Shown here piece by piece: positions 1 through 14,607 of a stretch of 64,000 bases of DNA. Positions within the stretch are counted from its first letter, which is position 1, and every line of letters begins with the position of its first letter. Made by a program: the position numbers and the translations under genes. The stretch is from Phoronis australis (taxonomy: Eukaryota > Animalia > Phoronida), in the NCBI GenBank assembly GCA_002633005.1, contig NMRA01000192.1, positions 244,606 through 308,605 on the forward strand, given 5' to 3'. Below the pieces are notes generated by a model. That model saw only the letters and a program-made list of their open reading frames with translations, was not told the DNA's origin and did no database searches.

Positions 1-3000
1 CATGTTTGGTTATCTTTGTCTAAAAAGAAGCCCTTTTCACATGTGCACGTCGTTTGATTCGCAGAGTCTTGTCGACAAAACTGTGTACAGTTTGAAGCAG
101 CGCAAGCTGGCGCTGAAAACATAAGTGATCGTTAACACGTGAGTATTAGGGTATAATGGGACAGTTACACACCATAACTGAATTCCAGAAACAACGTGTT
201 CTTAATGGTCGCGCTCACACTCATACACGTTGCCTCAAACACGACCTAAAGTTCACCGGTGCTTATGTTCGCTCTACAAGATTCCAAATTGCACGAAAGC
301 AAGACGCCGCACTATATGTCACAGGTCCTGGGCTACATCTACAAGAATTATACCAGGATACCTGACTTTCCTCAAATTTCAACTGTTGCCTGTTGGTTTA
401 CAAGCCTTGGGACCTGACCATAAAGTTGCACACACGGCAGAAAATGCACGAGAAGCGAAATACGCCCCAGTGTAGATTGTAGATAAAACAATTTAGCCAA
501 ACTGTAATGATAACATCAGTAGCCTGATGCGTCCAGAGCAGTGTAATCGTCTACCGGATAGTTTCTTTGAAGATTTCCAGCGGGTTTGAAGGCTGGTGAG
601 CCGGTCGAGTTGCTCAATCTTGACCGGGTGTTTGTGTCAATGTAGGATACTTTTCGTACACGTATTCGCTTGTGCAACATCTGCTTCGCTTTTATTGCAA
701 CCGTTGCATTTCTGCAACTTGCTTCGGTATAGCTGCAATCTACAGAAGGACAAAGTAGTGTCCGGAACAATTTGTGTTTACACTAATACTTGATTGCTTT
801 AGAATAGGTTGTCTCTTACAATATTGTAAAGCGGTAACTAGACTAACGTGTACGCGATTTTGACATTTTCCGTGATCGTTTAGTTATCAATGCCGAGGCA
901 TTAGCTCAGACCAACAATGTTAGCTAGTAATTCTTTATAGCCAAGAAACCGGTGCAAATGCAAAACAGAAGAAATTTTCAAAGTCTTTTAAATCCGAAAA
1001 ATTCTCATTTTTATAACCTTGACGTGAAATCACTAGTTATGGTGTATTAGTCTCACGATTCATTTGCTGTTCTCAAAATCGTTGATTAACAAACTGCCAA
1101 TAGAAATGCTCAAAATAGACAGTTCTAATCTCAAACATAAGCGATCGGCAGCTCTGTTTCTATACACATGTATCAACACTATTTAAAGCCTTCCTTGAAC
1201 GGTAACACGTGAGAAAATTCAGTGGCTACAATATGTAGACAGCAACTCTCTGCCAATTGTCAAATGCAATCGATGATAAGTAGGTACGTGGGGGCGAAGC
1301 TGTCGATTGTTGTAGGGACACACATTGAAATGTCAATTGCATCGTATTCGAACAGGGCGGGGTCTGATAAACATCAAGGGGCAATGCCGTTAACGCCGTA
1401 CAGTGGGCGAAATGCAATGGATGGTAATTACATGTAGGCTTATATTGCCCGACATTCGCCTACGTCCTTCTATGAACAGCACCCGCTGTAGCCAGTGAAC
1501 CACCCTTAAATTTAGAGAGGCCGGTTGGAGGTCCGCACAGTGAATGTATAGAATCAAGTGCCACACTCATCACACCCAAAGCACGTCAAACATAAACCCG
1601 CACGCGTCAAAATTGCAGTCGCGTGACCACATTTATCTTAAGAAATAATACAGCGAATGTAACTGAACGGAAATCAGGCCCTTAAAGCTCTTCTAAAAAA
1701 TTATTCACTCCACTTTTTACTTTTATCTTGTCACTCTGCCATTTGCATTTTTTAACTAACTGGTCTGAATGGCTAGCATTCGAGTCGTTGCATGACGTCA
1801 TTACGTCAAAAACTAAGCACAGGAAATGGCAGACGATTTGATTCATAACTGTAAGAGGAAAATAAAAAGAGACGAAATATAACCGGCAAGACAGTTTGCG
1901 GTTTTCTAAACGTGTTCAGGGATTTTAATTTGGTTAGTACTAGCACACTGAGCAATAATTTTCCTCCCATTTTTTTAGTATATATACATTTCACCTAGTG
2001 GTGTAATGCCCTCCGGTGGACCTTCAACTCTGTTTAAAAGCTTGAGTATGAGCTACACTCTATGCTGATAGGTAGCTCAAATTTCTACCGTGAGTATTGG
2101 CAAATGTTCAAAACTAGTGGTATCAGTCATTCGTTGCCTTCTGATTTCTCGTGATGACGCAATTAGGCACGATGGGTTCGCTTCAGTTGCTATTTGACGT
2201 GCCCCCTGTGACTATTAAATCGTGTTTTCTTGCACTATTTACTCCAATACCTATACGTCCGGAATACCAAAAACTAACAAAAAATCCGTTCAAGGAAAGC
2301 TTTAAGAACTAGATTAATTTAACTCATACCGACATCTGTGGAACAAACCTCGCAAGGCATTGACGAAAGTAACACTGAAAAAGAAAAGAAAAAATGAAAG
2401 AATGAAGCTGGCTGTAGTTTTACACGTAAACACTTCATAGTAACTTCTTATACATGTAACATCCATCTGCCATTCTTTCGTGTTATCCACAGGCCCTTAA
2501 ATCTATCTTCTCTTCTTATCCACCACTGGCACCAAAAATCAGTAAAAACACGTTTCTTATTTTGTATTGAGTTATTGGGAGATTCTTGTGCCTGTTGTAT
2601 GACCAAAAGACAGTAAAGTAACACGTTTGAAACCGAACAGCCTCGTGTTATTAAATTGCATTTTGTAAAAATTCTTTAGATCAACTTTACCGTGAAAAAC
2701 TGCCAGTCTCGCAAGTTCCATGTACTTGTAAACCTGCGAATCCGTGGTCGTGTTGCAACGTGCATGTCAGACATGTAAAATCAAAGTTGCGCAAATCTAT
2801 ACGTATGCCTAATGCTAACATTTTTAACTTTACAAAAAAATAAGATTTCTGTGTATTAAGCGTCGAAGCAAATCATGATCCTTGATTTGGGAACAAAAAT
2901 ACCAAAGCTGCGTGTCCCTGCCCTCTCTGACTACAATTGGTGTTAGAGACTATAAGGAAATGCAGCTTTAGGAATTTTTTGTTAGTGATCATTTTCAGAG

Positions 3001-4859
3001 ACTATTTTAACCTGTTCTGCATTTCTTTTTAGAACGAATAACAAAAACGGATGCCCTTATAAATACCTAACTAATAGGGGCTTGGTCATATTTTACTGTC
3101 ATTTGCAGTGTGTATGTTATTTTATTATCGTTCATTTGACTGATTTGGAATTCAATGACTGATTTGGGCCTTTACTGGCATACATGAATAGTAACAAATA
3201 ATTGCATGTGAAACATATTACAACCTCAGTATAAAAAAGTTCAGAATTGGACAATTCAAACTAACCTAACTCTGAGTAAGAACTGCAAGCGTCACCCTAC
3301 ACATATCTAGAAAGCTGGTTGCGGAACTTGAAGGCTAATTCCTTATCTCTGTGGTTGCATGGCAAAATTAGAAACACAACATAAAGCGACGTTGTGAGTA
3401 TGAAGTAGGTTGAAAATTGCCGCCAAATGTTTTTAAGAACGAGTTTTGTCGCGGAAATGATAAGTCGCAAACCGTGTCCAGTAAGTAGTAAATGTCCTAA
3501 AGAGGAGCTGGGGAATAATTATACTGAATGATGCAGGCTATGTGAGTCCGCGAGCTACGTGATCAGTGAAAAGGTCACCTACATGTATTCTCAGACTTTC
3601 TTGTTTTCACATTTACATGTACAATTTGTCAATAAATACAACCGCACTTTGTTTAACGTTCATATAGATTATGTTAAAAATTAGCACTGTCGTTGTACAT
3701 TAGCATAGTAACGAGCATGCAACTACGTGTTTAACAAGTTCTCCAATACGTGTAAGTCTAGTAGATGAACGCACTTACATGTAAGAGTAAAACCCGTAAG
3801 CTTTAAAAACTGATTGTTTTGGAATTCCATTCAGAGTATAACACACGAAGTATACAGTTTAAGTTGAAGTGTATCCTTATTATTCGCCAAGCTCGGGTTC
3901 AGCAACTTCAATTCTGCAAACCCACTTTTAAGTTATTGAAATTTGAAAAATTAACGGATGTGGTGTGCATGCCAGATTTATAAAGTAATCTTTGCAAATC
4001 CTTCCAACGAATGTTAAATGCACAATTTATTTACCTCCATGATATTTCTTATCTCTCTGTAAAGTGGTCTGCAGTGCAGCAGCGTCTGTCTTTGGTGATC
4101 TGCCGCTTATACCTGTATATACATGTAAATGGCAATGATGGTTTATGGCAGCATTCTACAAGTTTCATAAACATTTATAAGTAAATCACACCTTTCTCTT
4201 TTCAGGGATTCTAAGAATCGAAATTTCTTTAGCAATAGAATTACGTACCATGTAGGCAGTTCTAATACTTATGTCGCAATCATTAAAATGTCAAGTCGCA
4301 GAAATTCTCATCAAACATTTCAAGGGACATTTCGTTAATCTGATACATCTAATGTCATCGGTTAGCAAAGAAGGTTATATTATTCATGACGCAGATGAAT
4401 TCTGTTCTACAGAATACAGTTTTTATCGTTAACACAGAGCCACATTACTTGATAAAAAGTAGCCAGCATGGTTCTTTCGGTTTTCAAGCTTTTTGTCGAG
4501 TGTGCACATACTGTAAAACGATAGGAAGAAAAACAAATGTATGTCGGACATGGACTTTTGAAAAAATAATAATGTTTTTAAATCTCCAAAGCGTTTCAGT
4601 TAAGAATTCTCCATTGATAGCTAAAAAACAGCGAAATACAGCTTGAACTCATTTAATGTCTTCGATTGTTCACAGACAACGCCACAATGGTCAAAGTCAG
4701 GTTCAAAATATAGCATGGCCCCAGTCCTTCCTAGAATAAAACATGCAGTTTGGCTTCAAACTTGAAATTACCAAGTTGCTATCATTGTTCCACCCTGTAC
4801 TTACAAAAAGTGAGTTACTAAAACCTCCGATCGAGACGTTAGATCGACATTTGAACAAA

Positions 4860-6494
4860 ATGTTAGCCGCTATTTGCTTCGTCGCAGTCTTCAGCGTCGG
4901 CCTGGCTCAGCCTTATCCTCCAGGTTATGCCTACCAATTAGGAAATGATTGGCGGGTGAACCCAGAGTAAGTATTATGTTTCTAGTGGTGTAAATATTGC
5001 CAGATTTGCGATGATCTAAGACGAAACAATTTCCTGGTAGTTTTTTACGGGACAATATTGACATCATACCAATCGCAACGTTAATTTGTCTTTGTTTTTT
5101 AATTAAAGAGGTTTGGAACAAGAAAGCTCGTCAAAATATCTTTTAAAAAATCCTGTACCATCTCGCAACGTGTAGTACAGTGTAATTCCCCTGTTATGAA
5201 ATTTCCAGAAAAAATCACAAAATTTACGATTTTTGAATGATACACGCGACGGAATAACTGTGCTTAACACAGAGTTTCTGATCTCTTTCCCACTTAGGAC
5301 AAATGCCCGCATTCACTCACAGACAGTTGCTGGAAGTCGCTTAGGGTCAAAAGTAACTGTGTCCACGTAATTTTGATGAACCTTTGTGATCAATTTTGAT
5401 ACCTTGGCATGAAACATTTGTTTTATTTTCCAAGTGGAACCTGCAACGGATATGACGGCAAGATACACAAGAGGTATACCAAATGGGACGAAACACGGGG
5501 AGGAATTGATTTTAGATGCCATTGCCATGACAAGGATGAGGAGTCATTGGGAATCCTTTTCGATGAATCTTTGTCGCCACTACCATTGTCCGACTCGCCA
5601 GCAAAAAAGTACAGCCAAAATGCAGCAGATGCGCCCCCGGAAGTGAGCTGTACGAGAAGAGGTATGCCCAGGAAAGTTTTAATCAAATGGTTGTGGAGAA
5701 GTATTTAAAAGGCACTGGTTTGTTATGTAGATGCAGACGTTGCTGTTTGCATTACGGCAACCCCTGCTCATTCATGCAAAGTGTCACCTTTGTGGTTCTT
5801 TTATTTGAGGGCATGCACCCTCACCTCAGTCTAATCACCGGGATAGAGGTACATGTACGTTTCATATTCGTCTTCGAAAGGGAAGTTCTTTTCTAATCTA
5901 GGGGTACATATGAATTTAAGATATTTAATTAATAATACAAGTTTTGGTTTTTACAAGATATCAAGTGAATAAACAAAACATGTACATCCGGCTTATTGTA
6001 ATGCCATTGGTGTTAAATTGTTCCTTGAACAAAACAGGTGTGATGTCGGAGCTTGGAACGGACCGACAGATCGCTTTAAAATTGGGGCGGTTTGCCTACA
6101 CACGCGCTACATGTCAATGCGCGCCTGTACTTTTACGTCGCAGTTATGAGAAATAAGTCGTAAAAAGCTGTTACTGTAATACGCATTGATCGTAGTCACT
6201 TTTGGAATAAACTTCCGCTCCTATAGTCGAAACCGCTCGGCTTACGTTCATTGTTTAACATAATAAAAATTACCATCATAATTACGATAAACCAATGTGA
6301 TGCGCTTAACACAAGTTTTGGTTGTTTTCACAGGTTGCGTGGATCAGTCTGGAGGCCATGTTGATGTGGGATCGTCATATTTATGGACGAAGGACGGCGT
6401 TCCTCACTCGTGCACGTGCGTCATCAGTGAAGATGCTCCTGTGAAAAGCGAGATCACAGACTTCTATATCAAGTGTCTGCCTGCCAAAAAATAG
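4860..6494 (+). CDS. Secreted Cys-containing protein, 164 aa, 3 exons (4860-4966, 5435-5661, 6334-6494); signal peptide plus two FN1/VWC-like modules
   Basis: MLAAICFVAVFSVGLA-QP hydrophobic signal peptide. GT-AG introns have matching phases (GA|gtaagt..ccaag|T; G|gtatgc..tcacag|GT). 495 nt open frame ends in TAG; AATAAA at 6874-6879. Two C-x24-CxC..C units. Confidence 0.8.
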
Positions 6495-6961
6495 TTTTCC
6501 AGTCGATTACAAGTCTGAAAACTAAAGGCTTGCAAATGTATACTTGGATTCACACGAACATGGGTTCAAAACGTTTTAACTAAAACATTTGTGTGACGTG
6601 TTGAAACGTTGTAGCTAAATCGCAATTTTCATATGACCGATTTAAAACGCTTTAACTTAAAATATCTCTCTAATATATTGTATTCGCACGACTAATTTAG
6701 ATCCTTTTCACCAACTATATTTTCTCACACTTTCTGCCATGTTCGTGTAAATCCAGCTCATATATTTATTCGTTGTATTTTGAGGCTCGTTTTCAGAAAT
6801 ACTCCTCATGGGAACTTCTGTCGTAAGCCTGAGATCATTTGATGAAATAGCTTTACCCGCCATGTGGTGAATCAATAAAGTTGTTGACCATTTATAGTAA
6901 TTATTTTTTTACCGAGCTACGCCGGCCTTACGAATAAGCATAATTGAGAATCGTCAATAGA

Positions 6962-7879
6962 GCTCTGATACCCCGTAAAATGTAACAGTTTCGTAAAATT
7001 TGACAATTGTTACATTTTACGTTATTGTTACACTTTACGAGGCTAAGTCTCTCCTAAAATGTAACAATGAATTGTTACATTTTACATCGAATGTGCTTGC
7101 GAGAAATGTACCAATGTTACATTATACGAAACCAACGTCATACTACTCAGAACTAAAATCACGAAGAAGTGGTATCTTACACGGCCGGGGGCTACTCTAG
7201 TATTTTTGGACGAAGGGTGCCGCCCAAAAATTTGATAAATACCCATTCAGAAAGTTGGCTCGGACAAACAGAAACCTATTGGAGAGTAATTTTGTGTAAA
7301 ATTCACATTTTTGCACAGTTCTGTTCCAGAAATTTAGAACAGACAGACACCTTTTAGATAGCATTTTGGAGAGTATTTTTGCTGTGCAAAAATATCCTTT
7401 AGGCGGTACTTTTCGTATACCCGCTTGCATAGGAATATCCTCCGGGCTGACACGGAATGAATTTGGCTACCCAATATCATTTTTATTACTATAACATTAC
7501 TACAACGTTACTATAACATTACTATTACTGATATTACTGCTTTTACGACATCACTATTATTACTTGTTATCGATATCCTTATTATTGTTTTTTGAATTGA
7601 TTTAACGAGGAAACACTGCAATATACACAATACATGTTTAGCAATGTGCTAATACATTGTTTTTCCGTGTGACAAAAACACTATGCTTTCGTTAAGTGTA
7701 ACAATGGTAGATCTCTACATTTCTCGCATGTCCATTCCACGTAAATTGTAACAATTACATAAAATGTATCAACTTGTTACATATTAGGGGAGGCCTAGCA
7801 ATGTAATATGTAGCAATGATGTAAAATGTAACAGTTGTTACATTTTACAAAATCGTTACATTTTACTACTTATCAGAGC
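6962..7879. mobile_element. Foldback/MITE-like element with imperfect TIRs of about 170-190 bp
   Basis: gctctgata..gtaaaatgtaaca.. (6962-7131) is the inverted counterpart of 7687-7879 (..tgttacattttac..tatcagagc); arms built of gtaaaatgtaaca submotifs. Confidence 0.75.
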
Positions 7880-10800
7880 CCTTTCACATTCCTAACACGC
7901 ATGCCCAGACGCACAGAAGGTCGACGTGAGCGCACGAGACATAGCATGAGTGCAAACTAAGGCGCAATGTTTACTAGTTACATGTAGATCTGTGTGGTCA
8001 GGCGAGATTATTCGCTTATACATGTGCGGAGAAATGATCTGTTCGAAGTTTTCTTACATTGGACACATGACAGCGCTTTTAGTACCAAGAATTGCCAAGA
8101 GTAGAGAATTGGTTATCACTTCATTCAATAATTGCAATTCTTTGTGAAATGTTCACAGAGATTGGCATTTACCTGAGTTACAAAATTACTAAATTATCAG
8201 AAAAGTTTTAATATGACTAAGAATGTTGACTGTTTCTAAAAAGGAGGTCAGTCCAAATTATGAGAAATGTGTTTCTTGATTATGAACAGATTTATGTTAA
8301 AAACGTTAGTTTGACTAACTGACGACAAGTTGTGCATGAAAGAAAAGGAATTTAGTCTTAGGCAAAACAATATCTCATTGACCTACGTGTACTCCTGCAG
8401 CCACCAAATTATGATCTAAAAACCCGTGGCTGCAGTTTACTCAATGGGCGACTACGCCATTTTTGTAAAATATTTAAGGTTAGTAGAACCGTCACGTGAC
8501 ACCCCAGACTACTTTTCATTCATTTCAAATAATCAAAACCAATAGGCCCAAGGCTGTACATTTTCACACAAAATGATGATACATAAGAGGCCTGGTTACT
8601 TAAGTTGATAAACTCTTGAAAATCTTAAACATGTAGCTTATAACTCTGTAGAACGTGGGTCGTACACGTAGCTCCAGTCTCTTCATCGTACGCTCATGAC
8701 CAGAAGGTCGTCTTCATTTTTTTCCTATGTGACTGGAGTATGCGTATATCTTCAAGCATGTGATATTCGAAAAATTCTCGCATTATCACCTGCACATTTT
8801 ATGCTCTCCTAACAGAACATCATTTATCAAGAGCTGGCGCTGTATAATTCTTTAGTCGATCACAAGCTCACTCTACTTCAGAAAGTGCACAAGGTGAAAT
8901 TAATTAACTATCTGAATGATGAAAAAATTAGAGGGGAGAGCTCCCTTCCAGTACCTATGCCTTAGGAGTGTCTGTGGGAAATTCCTAGATTTTTTTTGAG
9001 AATTCAAGCCTTAACAGACCTCTAAATGCATTTAGTGGCGGACTTTATCGGATATATTGGTCCTCCGGAACCTGGTCATGACACACAAATTCAAGTGCCC
9101 ATGTTGTACATAAGGCGATGGAGCTTGAACCAATCTATATGAGGCTGAATGGGTCGCTACACTAAATTTTCGTCTACAAGCCATTGTTGAGTATTTGCCA
9201 AACATCAATTGCCTTTCGCGGGTTTAGTTTGATTCGCTACATGTTTTGATACTCGAAAAACGTAAACAACTTCTTACCCCAAGCTGTAAAGAAAACTTGG
9301 AATAATATCAAAGTTATGAAGCTTCTAGGAAGCACCGCGTCGGGAGGCAAAGGAATTTAGGAAACTTCGGGGGCCCAGAAATTTGAGCCCGGGAACATCG
9401 AGAAGGCGGAACATAAAGGCAGGGAACACTGGGCAAGGAAAACAACGGTAGCCTGCATAGGAACGGGGATAGATGCGCGCACATGTACATGTAGTTCATA
9501 AATTGACACAATTTCAATGATAATGATGCTGACATTGAGTGTACATATCTTTAAATAAAAATCAAAGTAGGTGTGTACATATGGCAGAATGTAGTAAAAC
9601 TCAATTTAGTGACGAACATTTATCAGCAGAAAGTTTGGTCTCTACTAAAACTCCCGAAAGACACTGTTGTGATGAATTGCAAGCAGCGCACCTAAGTTTA
9701 AATCTAAATTATATGTGCTGACGCGTCCTTTGTCTGTAATGGGTAACATGAGAAAGAGAAAACCTGGGGATTTACTTGACTGTAAAGTTCCTTTAACACT
9801 GAATTGGCACAAGGGAAATATCAGGTAGACCCCAGTTTATTGTTATTAGTTCAAAGCAAATATTATTCTTGCCCTTTATTGATACGCTCAAGTAAACTCG
9901 CTCTTATCGTGCCAATTTTAACAAACATGGATTGCGTTAGCGTCTATTTTTAGTTTTATTTTCCTAAAATCCAAGATGTGAAACTGAAACCGTGAGCAAT
10001 ATATATTTTTTAAGCTAAGCCTGTCATACCTAAAGCATGCCACACGATCGAACATTTGATTGAATGACGTGATTCGATTGCGTTTTTGCAAAGTTTAAGC
10101 GTTAAGTGCGAATGTAGCAAAGCAGTAATTAAGTTCATGTCAATGAGTTTGAATTCAATACCAGTTCGATCATTAAGCTAATTCTATCCTCGGCGCATCG
10201 TAGCAAGCCATATAACTGTGGTTGATTCCCAATATTTATGAAATTTAGTAAATTAGAATTAGTGTATTTTAGATTAGCAAACGCGAGGTTGTTTTTTTCC
10301 CAACATAACATTTACTATAGCCTTTGATTAACTAATGTGATGTTGTCTGTTAGACCTGATACAGCTTAAGTCACGAATTTTCAAATTCTACCGGTTATAA
10401 ATCATGGTCTGTTGCTAAAACGACTTTCTTCACACACATATCGCAAAAGCACTGATTCATGGTATTCTTCTCGACTGTTCATTTTGAAATTGGTTGCAAT
10501 GAACTGGCAAACTATTTCGCCATACCATGTAACTTAATGACTATTTCCTGAAGTTGTAGCAACCTTCCAGTTCTTCTTTAGTCTAGAAATCACAAGATGA
10601 CAGGCATTTTATAACGTTCTGTCAGGAGATGCTGGTGTGTTACTCTTTCATGGGGATCAAAAAGCCGTAACGCAGTCGTTGTTTTACGACATTGACTAAT
10701 TTATAGGACATTTGAAAACAACTTATTAATCCACTAACAGATTATTTAATTGGTTTTGCATAGAGGTTACAGGCTTTTGATAATAAATTGCGACACTGAT

Positions 10801-11914
10801 TTTCACATTGACGTCAAAATGATGCGGTGCTTCGTAATGGGATGGGCGATGTTTTCGGCATTTGTCAGATGTTGTAGCGTAAATTTTATTAACGTTACCT
10901 TGGCCTATTTTTTACTCAACGATGTTTCACGATCTTTGAGAGGATACATGTAGCGCGATTTCACTTGGATCCTTATCCGCGCTTCTCTCCTACGTGAAAG
11001 ACGTGCTGGTGTTTTCCTTTCATAAGTAATTTCCCCACCAATTACCAGCCCTTGCGGGTTTTCGCCGTCTTTTGTTGGTTTGAAAAATAGTTTTGTACAT
11101 TATATCCATTTCTTACATTAAACATCTCAAACCTATGTTATTTCTAATTCAACATGTCATTAAATATTGTGTGATTTTTTCGTTCATTTTTTGAAATTTA
11201 CAATCTTAAGTCCAAGCTCATAACAGTCCGTATGTCACACAATGTCGTTGACGTGATTTTTTGTCCCCACAGCACGATGTGGGAGGCAAAGTATTCTGCA
11301 TGTCACGCAATGGCGTTGGAATGACGTATAAAAATGGAAGCTGCATACTTTGTTCATATTTTACACTGAGGTGTAGGTAGGACATCTCAAAGCGACAGTT
11401 GATATTGTTTTGAATAGGGGTCCTGCCATGCTCTTAAATTCCCCTTGTATTTTTACAAACATTATCAATAGTTGAGTTCCCTGAAGCAATTGCCAGGCTT
11501 ATTTTTTATGTCACGCTTTGCTCATTTCTTTTTGGTGTGACCCCCAGGTTCATTTCTAATGTTGAGGACCAAGCCAATGACTTGTTGCTTCTGTTTGTTT
11601 TGTAATTGATCTCAACTTTATCAGGTGTTGCATGATATCAAAGGGATTTTATGAAGCATACATGTATTATTGTACTTACTTCATTGATATTGAGACTTAT
11701 TGTACAGTCTGCACACCCCAGGCTGATGTTTAGTGTATACATTGTTTCAGTGATTATTAAGTAATCCTGATGTTGATATAAGTTGATGTTATCTGAAGTT
11801 TCATATTGTATTAACAAAATAAGCAATGAATCTCTCTCTGCCTGTTGCATGTAGAGATGTGTCAGTGGCTTAGCTCAAAACACATCACAGCCGCAAATTC
11901 TGTAACAGTCAAGC

Positions 11915-12410
11915 TATGTTCTCCACACGTTCTTCTGTTGCTGGCAATGCTTTAAAAAAATAAAACCGAGACCGGAAAGACATCTTTTATTTATGCTGCT
12001 GCTGCTGCAATATGGGACTATCTTATCCTGAAACTAAACGGTCCAATAAAATTAATACTTTCAAACTTAGTATTAAAAAGTGGTTTTAATTTACACAGCC
12101 ATTCTTACACCTTACCTGTTTAAATTCTGTCATTTTTCATTGCTGTAAATACTCTCACTATTCAGTATCATCTCTTTATTTATTTCATCTCTCTTAGACA
12201 AATTTTTATCATCCTTCGTCATTTATTTATTATCTAAGTTCTCAACCTGTTTTAAATGTTTCTTTGTCACATGTATTTAATTATTGCTTTACTGCGTTAT
12301 AATAATTGTATTATACTACTGTTTTATAGTTTGTTGTTGAGGGCCCTTTTGGAAGGCAATGCTGACACTGAAGACGCCACTCTTATTTCAAAAATTGCAA
12401 TAAATATATT
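11915..12410 (+). mobile_element. 5'-truncated CR1/L2-type LINE 3' end (second copy about 18880-19270)
   Basis: Degenerate STRSS...TETGKTSFIYAAAAIWDYL...FK...KKW, typical of the C-terminus of CR1/L2 ORF2, followed by an AT-rich UTR ending near caataaat. Confidence 0.6.
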
Positions 12411-13429
12411 AGATAGTTGGTGCTTTAGTCGTATTTACTCTTAAACCATGGCGTTATAGTTGTAATGTCATGATCTTTGCATTTTAGCGTGAACAAAAGA
12501 ATAATTTTTTATCCTATTTATTCAGCTGTTAAATGACTGTAATTGGCACTTTGGTTACGGCTGGTTGGCAAAAAGAAAAGAACAATTGTGATTGGTTATG
12601 TATCAGAAAAAAACATGCGTATTATCGTATTCTGGGTTATGAAAAGTTATGGATGCGAATTTTCAAAGCAGCGCATTGTGTAAACACCGACATACTGATT
12701 TACGTTTCGGTTTATTGGCTCTCGTGTACCTGTACAGTCTGTTCTCCACATGTGTCAACTGACTGGAATATTGCGAACTTTTGTCTTGAGAATGGTTTAG
12801 ATAAAATAACCGAAACGTCGATAAATATGTCGTTTTAAAGGTATGTACATTTTTTTCTACAATCACAATGGTACTGGTCCGATCGTACCTCCAATAATAA
12901 GTATGTTGTTGATCATATTTGTGTTAACCTGGAACCTCACATCCTAAATATGTGTATTTGCCTGTTGTATGTATCTGTATACATGTTTTAAAATAAACAC
13001 TGTACTATCAGATATGTGTCATAAGATTTCATTTCATCTAAAATAATTGCAGTGTAAATAAAACCAACCTTTTGGGATGTGCCATTTTGGCAAAATTCGT
13101 TCTCAGCCAAAGTATCTTTCATATAGGAGGTTTTTGATTGTCCTCCACATGAAATTCCGGATCAAATGACAGGTCACAAATAGATCTAATCAGTTCTTAA
13201 CTGAGGCAGCCCAGCCAGCTGGCTCTCTACTCTGTTGGCCGGGAATGGGGTTAACTGAAACTTGCGCTTCAGTTAACAAAGGAAATTGGGTTTTGGCTTG
13301 AATTTTCACTAGAAATAAGTCCGTCATGTTAGGATCAAGATAACGCTGGATAAGTCTCAAACCGTAACACATATGCTGATGTTACTCTGACGGAACTAAC
13401 ATGCGCATCGCAGCATTTGAAAGCATAGA

Positions 13430-13511
13430 TTAGTTTCAATTCACTGGACTTTTGGGAATTCTGATAACGTCATGGGATTTTCCAGCTTTTTTGTCTCATT
13501 AGCTATATAAA
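13430..13511 (+). promoter_or_regulatory. Proximal promoter, gene 1 upstream copy: kappaB-type site + half-CRE + TATA
   Basis: GGGATTTTCC 13474-13483, ACGTCA just 5' of it, TATATAAA 13504-13511, ATG 13545. Confidence 0.6.
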
Positions 13512-13544
13512 CCCCGGAAACTTTGCAGTTCCTTACACAACATT

Positions 13545-13685
13545 ATGGATGCGGAGAAGACGTCTTATTGGATCAAAACGGAAAATTTTTCCGTAAACAA
13601 GTCAGATGAATTGGGAAAAGGGGCGTTCGGGATAGTGTATAGTGGCAGACAAAATCTCACTCACCGCAAGGTAGCGGTTAAAGAA
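13545..13685 (+). CDS. Kinase gene 1 exon 1, upstream copy (MDAEKTSYW...LGKGAFGIVY...VAVKE); probable allelic duplicate of 20418-20558
   Basis: ATG, Gly-rich loop GKGAFG, VAVK lysine, phase-0 donor gtaagt; TATATAAA at 13504. No kinase exon 2 follows before the n at 17020. Confidence 0.75.
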
Positions 13686-14607
13686 GTAAGTTTACTCTAA
13701 ATATGCTGATATAGCACAAATCTTACATGAGTGTATACCTACAGTATTAATAACAAGTCTACGAATTCTGCGAGAAGTTCAGATTTTATCCAAATTATCG
13801 ATGTACAATATCCTCCCCCAAAGTAGCTCCATCATATTCACTGAACATAGAAAAATGGTGAAAACATCAAACTAATCTACAAGTATCTGCAATGCTTGAT
13901 TTAGAAATTATAAGCAAACACACATTTTTGCATAATGTCGGATTTAATTTGCATATTTAAAATGCGCAAAGATGTCAAGATTACCTTTAATATACTACCA
14001 AGAATAGGTATCCATTTCTGGCTACTACACTAAAGGTGTTATTTCAACAAACAAAAACAATTTTTATCTCACAACAGTGCGCTCTTCACTTGAATTGCAA
14101 TAACCCGCAACTGTGCTTGAATTTTGCTGCCCTACGATTTTCCCTGGCAGTTGCCATATGCCACTTCGTCTGGAAAAATACTAACTTGCTTATTAACTTT
14201 AATTTTAAATCATTAAACACAATATATTCAAGACCCAAGAATCATTTACAGTCCATACCTCTGTTGTCTAAAATTAAAAATTCCGCAATTGAAAACGGGG
14301 GACAGTGTAATTAACTGTTGTTCATGAGCTGAATGTTAGCGATTGAAAATTATTGTAGTGCCAGGAGCAGTAACTTTTTAATCTCTTGAGAACACGGATT
14401 TCATCTATCCAAACAGCAATGATCGCGGCCATCAAACTTCTTCCTTTTTACCATAAGACTTAAATACTGATATTTTATACTATTTGGCAACATACTAATT
14501 TTTTCTGAAGTTATTTCGTCAGCAGTTGGTATTTTGTAAGAAATAGGCAGTCGCTCTTTGTTGGTAATGGCTGCCTGACAAAGTCGACGGGGACCACGGT
14601 ATCTTAG

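Noticed and set aside
156-793. Overlapping short ORFs at the window start as gene or transposase
   Set aside because: No recognisable motif or consistent splice structure; cannot be supported from sequence alone.
10750-12866. Repeated 60-100 aa ORFs (also 17723-19710) as a duplicated gene cluster
   Set aside because: They recur only because the DNA segment is duplicated; low-information AT-rich translations without domains, apart from the LINE tail.
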